A DNA stretch of 64,000 nucleotides, from NCBI GenBank assembly GCA_053919585.1, contig CM132796.1; one strand, written 5' to 3'. The position numbers and the translations under genes were made by a program. How positions within the stretch are numbered: the stretch's first letter is position 1; every line of letters starts with the position of its first letter. Below, piece by piece: positions 37,520 to 51,659 of the stretch. The stretch is from Euprymna scolopes (taxonomy: Eukaryota). Below the pieces are notes generated by a model, which was not told the origin of the DNA, searched no databases, and worked only from the letters and a program-made list of their open reading frames with translations.

Positions 37520-40500
37520 AGATTGATGAAATAAATAAATTTGCCAGTCCCACAATCCCTGGTGCCAAACTCCAAGAAGAACCGAACGCAGCAGATATTG
37601 GGAAAATGTCGACCATATCAATATATATGCTGTATTCCTACAGCACTTTTCTACTCTATTACTGTTAGTGTCAAATGCATGGACAGTATAACTAAAAAAA
37701 AGAAATTAAAAAAAACAGGGATGAAACCTATACGACCCTGAACATCGGGCCAACCCCCCTAAAATACCGAAAACAACACACTCTCCACATAAAAATCAAT
37801 TCCGGGGCATCAGACAACTAACTTCCACTAAGAACCTTCCATCAGATGTATGGAACATCTCAGGAAGCCCTCCATCCTACAACCCTGTCCACACATGAAA
37901 CTCACCTCATACAGAGGTGATCGAATTAGATGTCTGGGCACCATGAACTTCCCATGCCAGTACAAAGACTCGGAACGTGTTGGGAGTAAGACTGCAGGTC
38001 TTGGTACTTCTACCACATAGATGTGGCTCCCAAGACGTGAAAGACTAAAGCTAATCGCAACCCATGTGGATAGCCTTAGAAGATGTTCAACTGCGCCTAT
38101 CTCCTCCATCACCTAACTGATGTCAGAATACCCCAATCAGTTCGACAGAATTGGCAATGTCAGTGGGACTGTCAAACTCCTACTAAAGGAAGGAGCAGAT
38201 CCCTTCATTGACCCCCCCACACACACACACGCAAATGCAGCATCCACCTTAAGGAAAAATAAAGGAGGAAATTAATAGGCTCATTGAAGAAGATTTGCTC
38301 CGGAAGGTTGAGGAACACACAGACTAGTGCTCCAGCCTGGCATACAGCACAAAGAAAGATGGGTCCCTCCGAATATCCATAGACCTACAAAAAATCAACG
38401 CCAGCCTCAAGAGATGTCCACATAAAATACCAACAGTGGAGGAACTAACCCCAGCTTTTGCAAAAGCCAAGGTCTTCAGCAAACTTGACGCCAAGGTGGG
38501 ATACTGGTTGATCCACCTGGATGAGGAATCACAGCTGTTGACAACATGCAGGAGGACGCCATTTGAATGAGTATGCGATTCAGTCTTAATGTCCCACAAT
38601 ATATCTTCCAAGCAAAAATGAATCAAATCCTAGAAGGCTTAGAATACCGATGATGTAGCAGTATTTAGTCAGAATGGTGAGGATCATGACAAAAACTTGC
38701 ATAATCTCATGGCCAGAGTGGCCGAAACGGGGGTCGTTTTTAACAGCAAAAATGCTTCATAAAGAAACCCAGCATATCTTTGTTGGAAACGTTTACAACC
38801 CCAACAGAATCAAGCTAGATCCAGACAAGGTGCGTGACATAAAGGAAATGCCAAATCCACAAAATAATGGGGAATTACAACATTTTCTGGGTTTGTTTAA
38901 TTACCCGTCCCCATATATTCCTAACTTTGCTCAAAAGGCTCACCCACTGCGCGGTCTTCTCAAATCCCAAGCACCATAGGTTTGGGACCCCGACCACCAA
39001 AAATGCTACGACCAGCTCAAGGAAATGATCTCCCATGACACATGCCTGTCATACTATCACCAGGCCAAGCCTATAACCCTTGAAGTGGACACTTTGCAGA
39101 AAGGCCTCAGAGTCACACTTATCCAAGATGGCAAACCAATTGCATTTGGTTCCAAAACACTAACCGATGCCAAACCAGATACAGCAACATCGAACCGGAG
39201 ATGTTGGCCATAATGCATGGTATTCATCAATACCACACATACCCCTATGAAAAGCCTTCTCCGTCATCACGGACCATGCCATTGGTCACAATATACGTCA
39301 AACAACTGCATTCAGCACCACACCGGCTTCAGCGCATGTTGCTAAAAATTAAGAGCTACTTATACCAAATCAGCTACAGACCAGGTAGTGAAATGATCCT
39401 CGCTGACACCCTAAGTCGACTACCTAACCCCAAGAATAACATACCAATCAAGCTGGACGAGAGAGTGGACAGCATAATATTGAAGTCAATGAGGAACAAA
39501 CCATCTCAATCATCAACTTCTCATGTGAAAAGCAGAAGATGCTACGTACTGAGACAGTAAAAGGCCCAACCGTGAATCTTGTCAAGGAGGTCATACACCA
39601 GGGATGGCCTGAAATTATCCATGAGATACTCACAGAGATCCACACATATTATTTCTTCCGCAATGAACTTGCCGTCGAATATGGAATCTTATTTAAGGTC
39701 TGACAAGTACTCATCCCAGATACCATGAGAGAGGACATCCTCTGCCAGATTCACCAAGCCCATCAAAGCATAGAGAAAACACGCAGGCTCAGCAGAAAAA
39801 GCATGTACTGGGTCAATATCAACAAGGATATTGAAAGGATGTGCAAGTCGTGCACGCTTTGCCAGGAATACCAGGATGCACACAGGTATGAACCACTGCT
39901 CTCACATGACATTACCTCCCAGCCTTGGAAGTTCATCGCATCCGACCTATTCGAGATTGACAGACAGCAGTTCCTGCTTACTGTCGACAGATACTCTAAG
40001 TATCTCATCATCGATGAAATGCCAGTGCTAGTAACCAGCGAGGTAATGGCAGACAAAATTAAATATTATACTTTTTGGTCGTCCGGACGAAATTATGACC
40101 GACAATATCCCCCAATACTCTGGACATGCCTTCTAAAGTTTCATAAAGTCCTGGGGTATCAGACATGTGACAAGCTGCCTCACTATGCCAGGAGCAATGA
40201 CTTCCTGGAGAGGCATGTGAGACACATTAAGTCAATTATAAAAACATGCAAAAGAGAGAGACCTGACATCCATCTCTCTCTGCTACAGGCCAGGGCAACC
40301 CCACTAGACAGCAAACCAGTTCTAGTATCAGAAATAGTATTTCGGCTGGTGATGGGTTACCAGCCTAAATACTATTTGGTAGACCTGTACCAACCACCCT
40401 ACCCAGCTGGTCAAAACCAGGCAAGGAAGACTACCATGACTAGTTACATGCAAGGTTATCGAGCATGAAGGCCCAACATGACCACCACAGCAGAACCAGA

Positions 40501-41108
40501 CAGCTACCGGCACTATGCCCAGGTCAGTGCGTACGGGTACTAAACAAGCCAAACGACACCTGCCATCCTGAAATCGGAAATGACGATGGACCTAGGAGCT
40601 ACATAGTGGAAACACCAAATGACACAAAACTCCGCCGCAACCGCACCCACCTGTGTGCTATGCCTCTAACAGTGACTAAGAAAGTTCATTTTGATATTCC
40701 CGAACCTGATACCACACTTCCTACAACCCAGGCAGAAGGAGCAACGGTTGGGGATGAAACCAAGAAACCTAACATAAACACATCTCTACCAGATAAGAAC
40801 AGGTATAACCTACTCCAAACTAAATCTGTTAGAACAATAAAAACACCCTCATGATACAAGTACTAATACCAACCCATGAAGCAGGGGCATAAGATACCAC
40901 ACCAAAACAACAAAACAAAAGTAGAAAAAAACACGCGCACACATAGGTATACACACAGAATTAAACAGGGGGATGTTAAAGTACCGCAAAAAATATTCAC
41001 CTCTTCCCGCTGATACCTAGATGTAAACATTGCCGGCGATCGCCATTAATAAAGCTACTAAAAATGCGCTCTGCAGTTCGGCTCTATTCTTCACACTAAC
41101 TACTAACG
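37520..41108 (+). mobile_element. Gypsy element E, 5'-truncated and heavily decayed, with 3' LTR
   Basis: Second PR-RT-RH-IN set (FSKLDAKVGYW, LQRMLL, HQAHQ..C..C, ASDLF, GPRSYIV); PPT AAACAGGGGGA; then TGTTAAAG.. LTR from 40974 with AATAAA (3' end approximate). Confidence 0.85.
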
Positions 41109-41114
41109 TGTATT

Positions 41115-41780
41115 GCATCAGGAACTGGTAGCCGGACATCAGCAGGCACTGATATGGACAGCTGCAACTGGTAGCAGGGCATCAGTAGGCACGAGAACTT
41201 GTAGCAGGACGTCAGTGAGCCGTGGAATTGAGTAGATGGTGGCTAGAAGCGCCAGAGCTGCAGGAATGAGCCAGGTGCTGCAGAGAGTGCGCTGGAGACT
41301 ACAAGAGTAAGCTGGGGAACTGTTAGAATGAGCTTGAAGCGCCAGTCACGGCAGGAGTAAACTGAAATCGCTGGAATCTGCAAACATGAGCTGGAAGTTG
41401 CAAGGGTAAGCTGGAGAGCCGCTGAAGTGAGCCAGAGTCATTGAGGTAAGCTAAGGAGCTGCTGAAGTCGCTGTAAGGGTTAGCTGGAATTGCTGGAAAC
41501 TGTAAGCTGGGTCCACTGGAGTTGCTGAAGGCTGCAGGAGTTACTGGAAGCTGCAGAAGTAAGTTGGGGTCGCTGAAAGCTACAGGGGTGAGCTGGAGTC
41601 GCTGAAAGCTGCAGGAGTAAGATGAGTCGCTGGAAGCTGCAGGAATAAGCTAGGGCCGATGAAGCATAGAGTCACCATAGGAGTAGGTTGCAGTTGCTGG
41701 AAGTTACAGGAGTAAGCTGGGGTCGCTGGAAGTGAGCCAGAGTTGAAGTAAGTTCAGGAACTGAAGTGACAGCTGTAAGG
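41115..41780. repeat. Degenerate ~30-bp GC-rich tandem repeat
   Basis: Recurrent GCTGGAGTCGCTGAAAGCTGCAGGAGTAA-like units. Confidence 0.8.
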
Positions 41781-43299
41781 GAGAATCCCAGGCGGTAGGC
41801 AGTAAAAAGTGGAGCGTGCATCACATTCTGTGGCAATTGGTCTTTATGGCGACAGTGAACGCCGACTTAACGAGAGTCAAGTCAAGATGGGAGTGCTCCT
41901 AACTCCCGATTTAGGAAAATAAAAAATTACAATCATGACATATCACAATACAATATATCACAATAATACATAACTACAATTTTCTATTTTTTAGGAATAG
42001 ACCCTGTTGATTTTGGGGGATGGGGGTCGAGAGTCTTTCTAATGATCTAAACACTCTGTGGTTACTATTAGCTGGCTCCTTTTACCAAAATACCGCATTC
42101 AAACTTTGAAGTTAAACCTACTTTAATCTCCAATCTTTTTTAATATGAAAATATGTGTATGCATCTTTTTTGTATATGTTTATTAAGCGATGAAAGTAAT
42201 TTATTTTGAAAAAAGTCTTTGATGTGAAGAATGTTAATGTCCGATGAATATATGTACAATATGCGAAGAATGATGGAGAGTGGAAATATCTAGAAAATAC
42301 CCAAAAAAAGAATGATGAAACAAAAAAAAAATGCATATCGGGGTATGGTAGTAGTGCCCCTCTTAACCCTTATCTAAATGTTAGGTCGCCCACTGTTTCC
42401 CAGGAGAACCGAAAACAAGCAGTCTCGAGGGGGCGGGGCTAAGCAGGGACATGGAAAAGCAGACAGATTGGGATGGAATATGGGGATGAGTGCTGACCTC
42501 CGAGTAATATGACATTTAAGGTTAGAACAAAATAAATATGGGGACTGACTGGATACCTTTGGAGACTTTCTAGTACTAAAAAAAGACTAGGATCTCGTTT
42601 ATTTCGCCAACTAAGAGTCTTTTAAATTTGCTAACTTAAACTCTAAGGGATAGGTTCTGAAGAAACTATGACTGTGTGTGTCATGCTTAGGGAGGAAACG
42701 CATACTCGTAACTGGCTGGAGGTGTTTAGTTCTCTCCTGTTAGACACCAGGGTGTCGGAAAGTGGGGTTGAGAAGTAAGCGCCCCATGAGAAGGGCAGAC
42801 TTGAAAAAAGTATCTGTGCAGCCCCGGTAAGGGTGCCTCAGGCGATTAACAATAAACAAACCCCGTCTCAAAGAGAGAAGGTAAAGTCTGCGAGAGTGGA
42901 CTTCGTAGAACTGCACGGAAATTAACTCCCACCGCAAAATCAACAGGGACCGGATCACTGCAGTAATGGTCCACTCTGTTGAGTTATATATATTTTTTTA
43001 TTTTCAGATATGTACAAAAAGACATAAAGAAAAATAATTAGGCACAAGGCCACTCAAAGTTAGGGAGAGGATGTCATTGGTTATCCCCGTCACTATACCT
43101 TTACTAGTCTATGCTGATCTTAGCTAAAGTTCTCATTCATCACAATATCTCAAGCACACTTGGGGTCGACCTACTTAAAATTCGCTTTCTAAATGGGGAC
43201 GAATTCTAGATAGGATCAAAGAAAAAAGAGGGATGGTGTGAGAGTATATGCAGATCCTCCAAAATGAGATCACATATTGGGGTGGCCGGGGATGAAAAA

Positions 43300-45830
43300 T
43301 TAACTGGTGTGTGGGTATATTTTAGGTTTCCTATCGAGGATGGAAGGGGGCATTCACTCGGCTAGCTAAGAACCTAGTATAAACAATTGTTTTTAGAGGT
43401 CTGGAGCCTAGCAGGATGTGGAACCGTGCTCACCATGCTTAGGCAGGGAACACGAACTCCAACTTGGCACCTCAATGCATGCACAGATTCGCTATCTTTA
43501 TCTGTTTTTGGTCACAGGCATTGGAGTGTAATTTTTTCCTTCAGCTGGCACTTGAAGAAGGGGACAAGATCATGATCAGCAAAAGATTTAACATCGCGCT
43601 TTCTTGCACGCTAGAACAACATATCACCATTCTGGTCACGGCCAGGATCGCGAGAAACACTATTTGTCTATCTTTATCCCATGGTGGCTCTGCATTGTGG
43701 ATGACAAAGGACACGCCCAGTAGGTAAGGCTGTCGGGATCATTGGCATATGCCCAGTTCCATCTGAATCCGCTGCATTTGAAGAATGTATGTTCCAGAAT
43801 TTCCTCTGCTGGTGTCCTGCAACGAGGACCCCTTGACGACTTCATTAGTCCGGCACTGTTCAGTTTAGCATTGAGGGGCCAATTGCCAGGTCAAGGAAAA
43901 CTTGTTGAGATGACTCGAACTTGATGCCCAGCTCCACTGGGAGCAGATCTCTTCCTTCAACAACCCCAGATGCTCGACGAGCGGGTCGTCACTGCCCACC
44001 CCTCACTAATTCCTTATATAGCTCCTTTCCAGTTAGTCATGAAAGGTCGTTAGACATTGGGAGGTTCCTTAGCGTGGCCCTACACTCTCTCAAGAACTGT
44101 GTATCGCTACACGGCTTTCGACGCACCTCGACCTTGGCCGTGGGGTTCCATGCACCCTTTTCTATGAAGGTTCGACTTAGAAAGGCCAGCCTCCCGGCGT
44201 CTTGATGACACTTCACATCGGGCATGCGAACCCAATGTTTCCCTTTGTCCCAAAGAAACGAGGACAGTTTGCTCTGTAGAGATTTTAGATAGTTCTCATG
44301 CAGGGGAAGTACAGTCAGGCAGTAAAGGATGAGCTAAAAGTCAAAGATGGCACACACCTCCGCTCTGCCCTTCAAGGATAGTTTTCTTCAAACTCGCATG
44401 GTTTTGACCTTTGACTTTCAACCAATTCTTTACTAGCTGGAGAACCACATGATAAGGATCTGAACCAGGCCGTCAGTCCAGCTGAGGGGGGAAGGTAGAA
44501 GTCGGCGCCCCTTCAGGCTCTGAACCACAGACCGGGCAGCTTGCTGTGGTTGATTTTGGCCATCATGGTATTTTCCTACTGTATGAACTCGACACAAAGA
44601 TGGTAATGTCATTGACGTATGTGGAGACTGGCTCTCAATCCGCCAGGCAGAGTGATCCCATACAGGACTAGACTTGCCTCATCCCGCCTCAGCTTGTGAA
44701 GTAGTGGCTCCATCGCAAGGACATACAGCAAGAGAGACAGTGGACAGCCCCAACACATGGACCGTGAGACATCTAAGGATTTGGAACGCTTTCTGTTTAC
44801 TTGTACTACTGCAGTCGGTACACAGTACAGTAAGGAAATCCATTTGCAGAAGTTCAGATGGAATCTGCCGACCTTCAGAACAGATGCCAGGAAGCGATGG
44901 TCGACCCTATCAAAAGTTTTGGTCTGATCCAAATTGATCAGTGCAGCTTCTACATTGTCTTCTATCCCTTCCTCCAAGATTGTATGGATCAGGTGCAAGT
45001 TGTTTTAAATCAATCTCCCCTCACGACATAGTTCTGCTCTAGTTCGATCTATTCGCCAATAATAATCTGCAGCTGATTCGATAGGACTGTGGCCAAAATG
45101 TTCAATTCTGTGTTTGGCAGAGTTATGGGCCTGTGGTCATCTAATTCTTCCCCGCCATGCCCATCACCTTTCCTCATCAATGTGATCACTCTCTTAGCGA
45201 CTTAACCCGGGATGGAACCCTTGTCAAACCAGTGGTTGAACATATCCATAAGAATCGTTATCAACATGGGCGAAGCCTCAAATACAATTTGTAAGGTAGA
45301 CCATCATGTCCAGGCAATCTGTTGCAGCTGACCTGCTTCAGCACAGTCAGAACCTCCCACTCAGTTACCCTGCCTTCGTGATTAGCTGCTCTAGCCGCCT
45401 CGAGGCGGGAGAGTTGGCCAAATACTTGCCAAATTTGTGGGCAGGAGATCGAGCTGTTGCATGAAATGCTCTTCAAAATGTTCTCGAAATCCCTCACAGA
45501 TCCTCTGAGTCAACTTCAAGGTGTGTACATCCAGATGTTTAATGTAGCTATATACTTGTCTGAGCCACGCATAGAGACCTCCCTACGTATGACTGCATCG
45601 GAATTCACAACTTTGTTGGCTACTTTCCTAAGCCTAGCCCTAACTACCTGGCGTTCATAATGCTTGCTAGCCTCGCGTTGAAGGTCCTGCCATAGCTATT
45701 TCCTGAGCTACAGTATCTCTTAAACCCGTGGCCCTAGCTACTTTTTCCTCTAGCTTCTTCTTCATCCTGGCCTTATTTGTTGTGAGGCATGAGAGTATGT
45801 GACGGAGAAGTCCTTAATCTTTGTTTTTAG
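43300..45830 (-). mobile_element. Decayed L1/Tx1-clade LINE ORF2
   Basis: PGHDGLPY, LINLDQTKTFDRVDHRFL, GCPLSLLLYVLAMEP, C-terminal PRC...EILEHTFFKC. Confidence 0.85.
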
Positions 45831-47109
45831 ACTAACCCACCAGCGTCCTCATAGCTTTCGTGGCCCAGGAGCCAAAGATCAAATGTAGTATCTGTTCTAC
45901 AGATGCTGCAATCAAAGACCATTGCTCTTGAAGCAATCAGTGTTTGGTCAATGTGGGGGAAACCCTTTCTACCAGACAATTTTGATCCAGCCAGAGTGCC
46001 CCCTCGGGGAGCTAGCTCCTCCACCATTAAAAAACGACCTTGTGTCTAATTTGCTCTCATGGGGAAGCAAATAAATACCCACCATCTACTCCCTGTAACC
46101 GTCCCCACTTCGCTTGTGGTTTTGTGGACCCAGGATCCGGCTGGAGCTCTACTGTAAAAGCCGCTTGTTTAATGGAAAGCTGTTTATACTACAGTCGACT
46201 GGCGATGGAAAACGGAATGCTGTAATTAATTTTAGACGGGATTTCTTACATGCAAAAATATCTATGGCGTTTATTACATGTATATATTTTATTCTCTGTC
46301 CAAAAGCAAAAAAAGTTTATTTGTTTCGTTATGAAAACTTGAGTTTAATATTTTTCTTTGTTGTAGAAGAATAGACTGGTGTAATTTTTAGCACGTGCGG
46401 TCGTGGCGTATTTCTGGAAGTGTGGGTCTCATGCTTTTCTCCGCTGGTAAGCGTGTTTTCTTTACAAAAATGGGAGTAGTGAATTGACACACCATGACAT
46501 TCGCACATAATCTCCTAAAAAGTGGCATCTCATTATTGGGTTTAGAAAGCTAATGTAGGAATTTATTCACATTATTTTAATAAGAAACGATATGCAATAG
46601 AGAAATACATAAAAATCGTGTTTAAATTTTAAAAAAATAGTTCTTGATGGAGTTACAGTTCCTTGCACTAAAAATTAACTCTGCATATATTTTATGTCCC
46701 TCGTTGGGAGACAAGGTAATAAAAATGAATTCCAGTAATATACTTGTAAGGAGAAGGGGGGTTAACTGGTCTTCGAATTCATAAAAATGACCAGAGCATA
46801 GGTCGAAACTCTTTTTTAACAAGAAAAACATCAGTAAATAGCAACGACTCGGGAACAAATACAAACATTTAAAATAATCATTTTTATTTAATCAGAAAGA
46901 ATTCATTTTTGTGTGCGAGATATGTGCAAGTCACAGTCCTTGAATGTGGGATATCTTCCCATGTGCATGAAATTAACTGGATTGGGGTCCGTTAATAATG
47001 CGGTGAGATGTGCATTTTAATGAGACGAAAGTTCAGGAACATCATTCAAGTGGAAAACGAATATTGCATCATTGTAAAGGTATTGTTGGAAGTTTTTAGT
47101 GATGAAGTG

Positions 47110-48124
47110 AAGTGCTGGGAGTACGGTTTCCCATTGAGCTTCTGGGAGGTTTCTAGAGGCTAGCGCTAGTTGTACGTGTTTCCAGACAATGCCGTTGTAG
47201 CGTTCACATTGTCCATTCCCTTGAGGGTTATATGGAGTCGTTCGACTGGTTGCTATGCCTAAACCGGTAAGGTATTCCCGGAGTTCCTTTGACGCAAATG
47301 AAGACCCGCGATCGGTGTGGATATATGAGGGCATTCCAAAAATGGCGAATAACTGGTTTATACACTTAATCACCACATCTGTTGTCATATTTGGACAAGC
47401 GAAGGCGAATGGGAAGCGCGAATATTCGTCGATCACTACCAACATATATCGATTTTTGGAGTTAGAAGGTAAGGGTCCTTTGAAGTCCATGCTGAGTCGT
47501 TCCATTGGTTGTGTGGCCTTAATTAGTTTCGCTGCGTCTGGTGTGTGGAAACGAGGTTTCCAACGGGCACATACAGGACACTCAGCACATACCTTTTTAA
47601 CCTCTTCTATCGAGTATGGCAGGTTTCTAATTTTTATGAAGTGAGTTAGTCTGGTGGTGCCTGGATGACAGAGTCGAGTATAGAGGTCGAATAGTTTTTC
47701 TCTGCTAACGACAGCTCCACAATGTGCTCTTGATAGTGTGTCAGCAGGGATGTTATTCTTGCCTGGGCGGTACATTATGTCGTAGTCATAACACCCCAGC
47801 TCCATCCTCCATCTTTGGATCTTATTGTTTTTAATTTTACCTAGTCTCTCTGAGTGGAACATGTAATGCACTGCTTGTTGGTCGGTGACAATTGTAAAAT
47901 GTCGAGTAGATAAATAGTGGGACCATTTTTGACAGCTTCGACTACTTTCTCGACTGAGGCGTGTTTACGCTCAGTGGGTGTTAGTGTACGTGAGAAGAAA
48001 GCCACAGGACGACCGGCTTGTGTCAATGTAGCCGCAACACCTGTATCAGAGGCGTCTGTTTCCACTACCAGTGGGATATTCTCATCGATGGAGTGTAGTA
48101 AGGCACCCTTGATCTCCTCTTTGA

Positions 48125-48174
<50 letters not shown>

Positions 48175-50581
48175 GGCATCACCACATTATCAAGGCCCAG
48201 AGGCCACTCAAGGATAAGGGTTAAAGAGTGTACTTCACGGCATTTTGCTTCAGGGGGAAGGAGTCGGCTATTATCAAGGATCTGATCTTGTCTGAAAATT
48301 TGGGAATCCACTGAGAGTAGTATGAAAACAAATCGACAACTCGCCGTAGTGCCGCTTTATCTCTTGGGGTTGGCAGTTCCTTCAGTGGCCGTAATCTTTC
48401 TGCGTCGGGTTTTATTTTACCCTGAGATATAGTGTAGCCCAAAAAATCAATAGATTCTGTTAATATAACAGATTTATTTTCATTGAAGGTCAGGTTGTGT
48501 AGCCGAGCTACCTCCCTGAATTTTGTGAGGTTCTTATCATGTTCCTGCTGGGTCATTCCTACCACTACTATGTTGTCTACGTACACATAGGTACCAAGGA
48601 GGCCGTTTTGTTTTACTCGATTATCTATGGTTCTTTGGAAGCAGGCCACTCCATTCGTGACTCCAAATGGTACTCTACAAAATTGGTATAATTTCCCGTT
48701 AGCTTCAAAAGCCATATACGGTTTTTCTTCCTCCCGAATAGGTATCTGGTGATAGGCGCTTTTTAAGTCTAGTGATGTGTATAGTTTATATCGGGAGATT
48801 TCCCACGCCAAGTCATCCATTCTAGGTAAGGGGTAAGCATCAAGTTTTGTAAATCTATTGTAATCAACCACCAGTATTTTTCTTTGTCGTTCATTCGAGA
48901 CAATAAGAACTTGAGCTCTCCACGGAGATGTACTCTCTTCAATTACCCCCTCCTGAAGCATCGTATTTATTTCGGATCCGATAAAGTTTCTTTCATTGCC
49001 TCAGAATCTCCTAGATCTAGTAGCAATGGGTTTGCAGTTAGGTGTAAGGTTTGAAAAAAGTGGGGGACTGTCTACTGAAGCTGACGGTACGCTGCATGCA
49101 GTAGGGTTAGACACGACAAGATCTTTCCTAGGACCACTGAAAGCAAACAAGACTCCAGAATGTTGTCTCATGAAATCCTGACCAAGGATGACATCACTGC
49201 AAAGATTTGGTAGTACAGAGAGAGGAGTATTTGGGTAAGACTCACCTAGCAAGTTGAGGTTGACTGAGCAAAGTCCTTTTACTGGAGCGTTCAGTGGCGA
49301 AGAGGCCATAGAGACGGATCCTGAAGCGGGTTTTATTGTTAATTTATTTCTTTTCGCGTAGTCGAGCAAAATGAAATATCCAGAGCTCCTGGTGTCCATT
49401 AATGCCGCAACTTCATTTTTTCCAATCATTATGTATACAGTGGCTTGCCTTAGTATCGATGAAGAGGAACAAAGAGAAAAAGCTGCCGTTGAATCTGAAG
49501 CTACTTTTACGGGTGCGGGCTTATTGTTGTTTGTAATAGTAGCAAGTCTGTGTGTTTCAGTTGACGAATGTATTGAAGTTGAAGTAGTTGTATTTGACCT
49601 GGACCGACAGACTTTCGCGTAATGGCCGATTTTGTTACATCGGCGACACGTGCTTTCCTTAGCTGGGAAGAATTGGCGATTGTGACGTGGTCCGTTGCAG
49701 AAATAACACTGTGATTTTGTGCTGGGGAGCGCGGCACAATTTTCCATCGTTGAAACGTTCCCATTCTCGGTTGTAGAAGCACTGACTGGTGGAAAATAGC
49801 GCGAATAAGATTCGCAGTTTTTCTGAGCTGAGTCGAGTGCCCTAGCTTGGTCAATGGCGGTATCTAGGTCGAGAGTCCTGTTTTCCAATAACCGTTGCCT
49901 GATGGTGTTCGATCGTAGACCGGTAATAAAAGTGTCTCTTACACTATCATCCCGGTTTGGAGCCACGTCAACTGCTTTAAAATTACATTCTTTTGATAGA
50001 AGTCGTAATTCTTGTACGTACTCGTCAATGGTTTCTCCCTCTTTTTGTGCGCGAGTTGACAGCACGTGTCTGGCGAAAATTTCGTTGATGGGTTTAACGT
50101 ATAATTCCCTGCGTCGATTGATTGCTGCCTCGTAGGTTTGTTGCTCCGCTACGTATTCATAGCCATCCGAGGAAATGTACGTAATCAACAGGTCTAGTTT
50201 ATCGATATCATCCCGTATTTCAGTTCTCCTCATCAAAGCCGAAAAAGTCCGATACCAGTGGTTGAATATTTTCGTAGAGGAAGCGCTGTTAGGAAGTGTA
50301 TCCAGTTTATCAGGTTTTAAGAATTTGTCTATCTTCGTGCTTTCGTAGTTATATATATTTAATATTTTATCGTGTATTAAATTGAAGTGAGTAGAAAAAA
50401 AGACAGAAATAACCTTAAACGGAAGGCTTTAATACAAGATAAAATATATACAGGGCTGTTTTCTTTAGAATATAGTTCTCTACCGAAGAGCGTATAGACA
50501 AGGGGGAGATTATACACGCTAAGTAAACACGATTAACGTTATTGGTGAAGAGGGAATAACTCCGTATCGTCATATATTACA
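47110..50581 (-). mobile_element. Gypsy element F (same lineage as A), 3'-truncated
   Basis: Putative 5' LTR 50581-50383 (TG...CA). Gag (M>I)DKFLKPDKLD at 50332 is homologous to A; RT YVDN (DD mutated); RH ETDAS; IN SMDFKGP..HTDRG..YNPQGNGQCER. Confidence 0.92.
48130..48233 (-). mobile_element. Extremely 5'-truncated LINE 3' end with ~40-nt poly(A), inserted in F
   Basis: Reverse complement nearly identical to 22340-22413. Confidence 0.92.
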
Positions 50582-51329
50582 AGTGCCTAAAGAAATCCTT
50601 CGAAACTGAGGAAATTATTAATGTCAGCGTAATTTTATGAAGAAAACCCTGCAAATGCAAAATAAGAGGAGGGAAAACGTTTGTGAGCATAAAATATTCA
50701 TCCATTGTTGTTTGCGTGAGCTTCATTAGTAAGAGATTGGGTAATTTGTCCGTTTACAGACAGTATGTCATGACGACTTTTACTAGTGCAGATTTTTATG
50801 TCGAGAGACAGAGTAAGCAAATCAAATTGTTCCTGAAATGAATAAAATCCGGCTGTATAGATTTTTCTGATTACGTAGTGAACAAGTTGATTTAGCTGGT
50901 CACTTCATACCCCCCTCACTAAATGGAACGTGGATACACAGGAAAAGAACAAAAATACTGCAACTGGGTGTAGGTAGCAAATTAACAATATATACTTATC
51001 TTACATCATATTCTAGTTCAAACAAAAACTAACATAAACACATACTTTGTTTTAGTGAATAAAATGCAAAAGACAATTAAATTTAGAGATTCAATTTATC
51101 ATATAAATTAAACGGAAAATGGTCACTTAATTCTCGAATACATAAATCCCGTCAAATTTCACAAGTATTGCATTTCAAGGCCATATAAGCTCAGATGGTA
51201 TTTAACCTTTTCTGTAAAAAGTTAAAACTCTGCATGGTCTACGTCCACCAACTCCTCCTCGTCAATTATGTCATTTTCTCAGACAATACAGTATTGTGTG
51301 AATGTACTTCCTCCTTTCATCAATATATT

Positions 51330-51641
51330 GAAGAACAAAAAGAAAAATGGACCCATTTTACTTGATGATTGATAGCTCGAAGCTTCAATGAGGAAAAAAA
51401 GGCTTGCACATATAGCTTTACTGTCACATCTCATACAGGATGTTGATTTTCTATTGTTGTGAATGCATTTACTCCTGCAGTTGGCGCAGTTTTACAGCAA
51501 CAAGAGCAACAGCAGGTTCAACGGTTCTCCTATTTTTCTCGTCGATTGACATCCACGGAAACTCATTATAGTACTTTGGAACATGACATTTTAGTTATTT
51601 ACTTAGTTATTGTACATTTTTGTCACACACTGAGGGTGTGA
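51330..51641 (+). mobile_element. Gypsy RNase H relic
   Basis: NAFTPAVGAVLQQ..YFSRRLTSTETHYSTLEHDILVIY. Confidence 0.75.
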
Positions 51642-51659
51642 ATTTACCATTTGAGCTTT

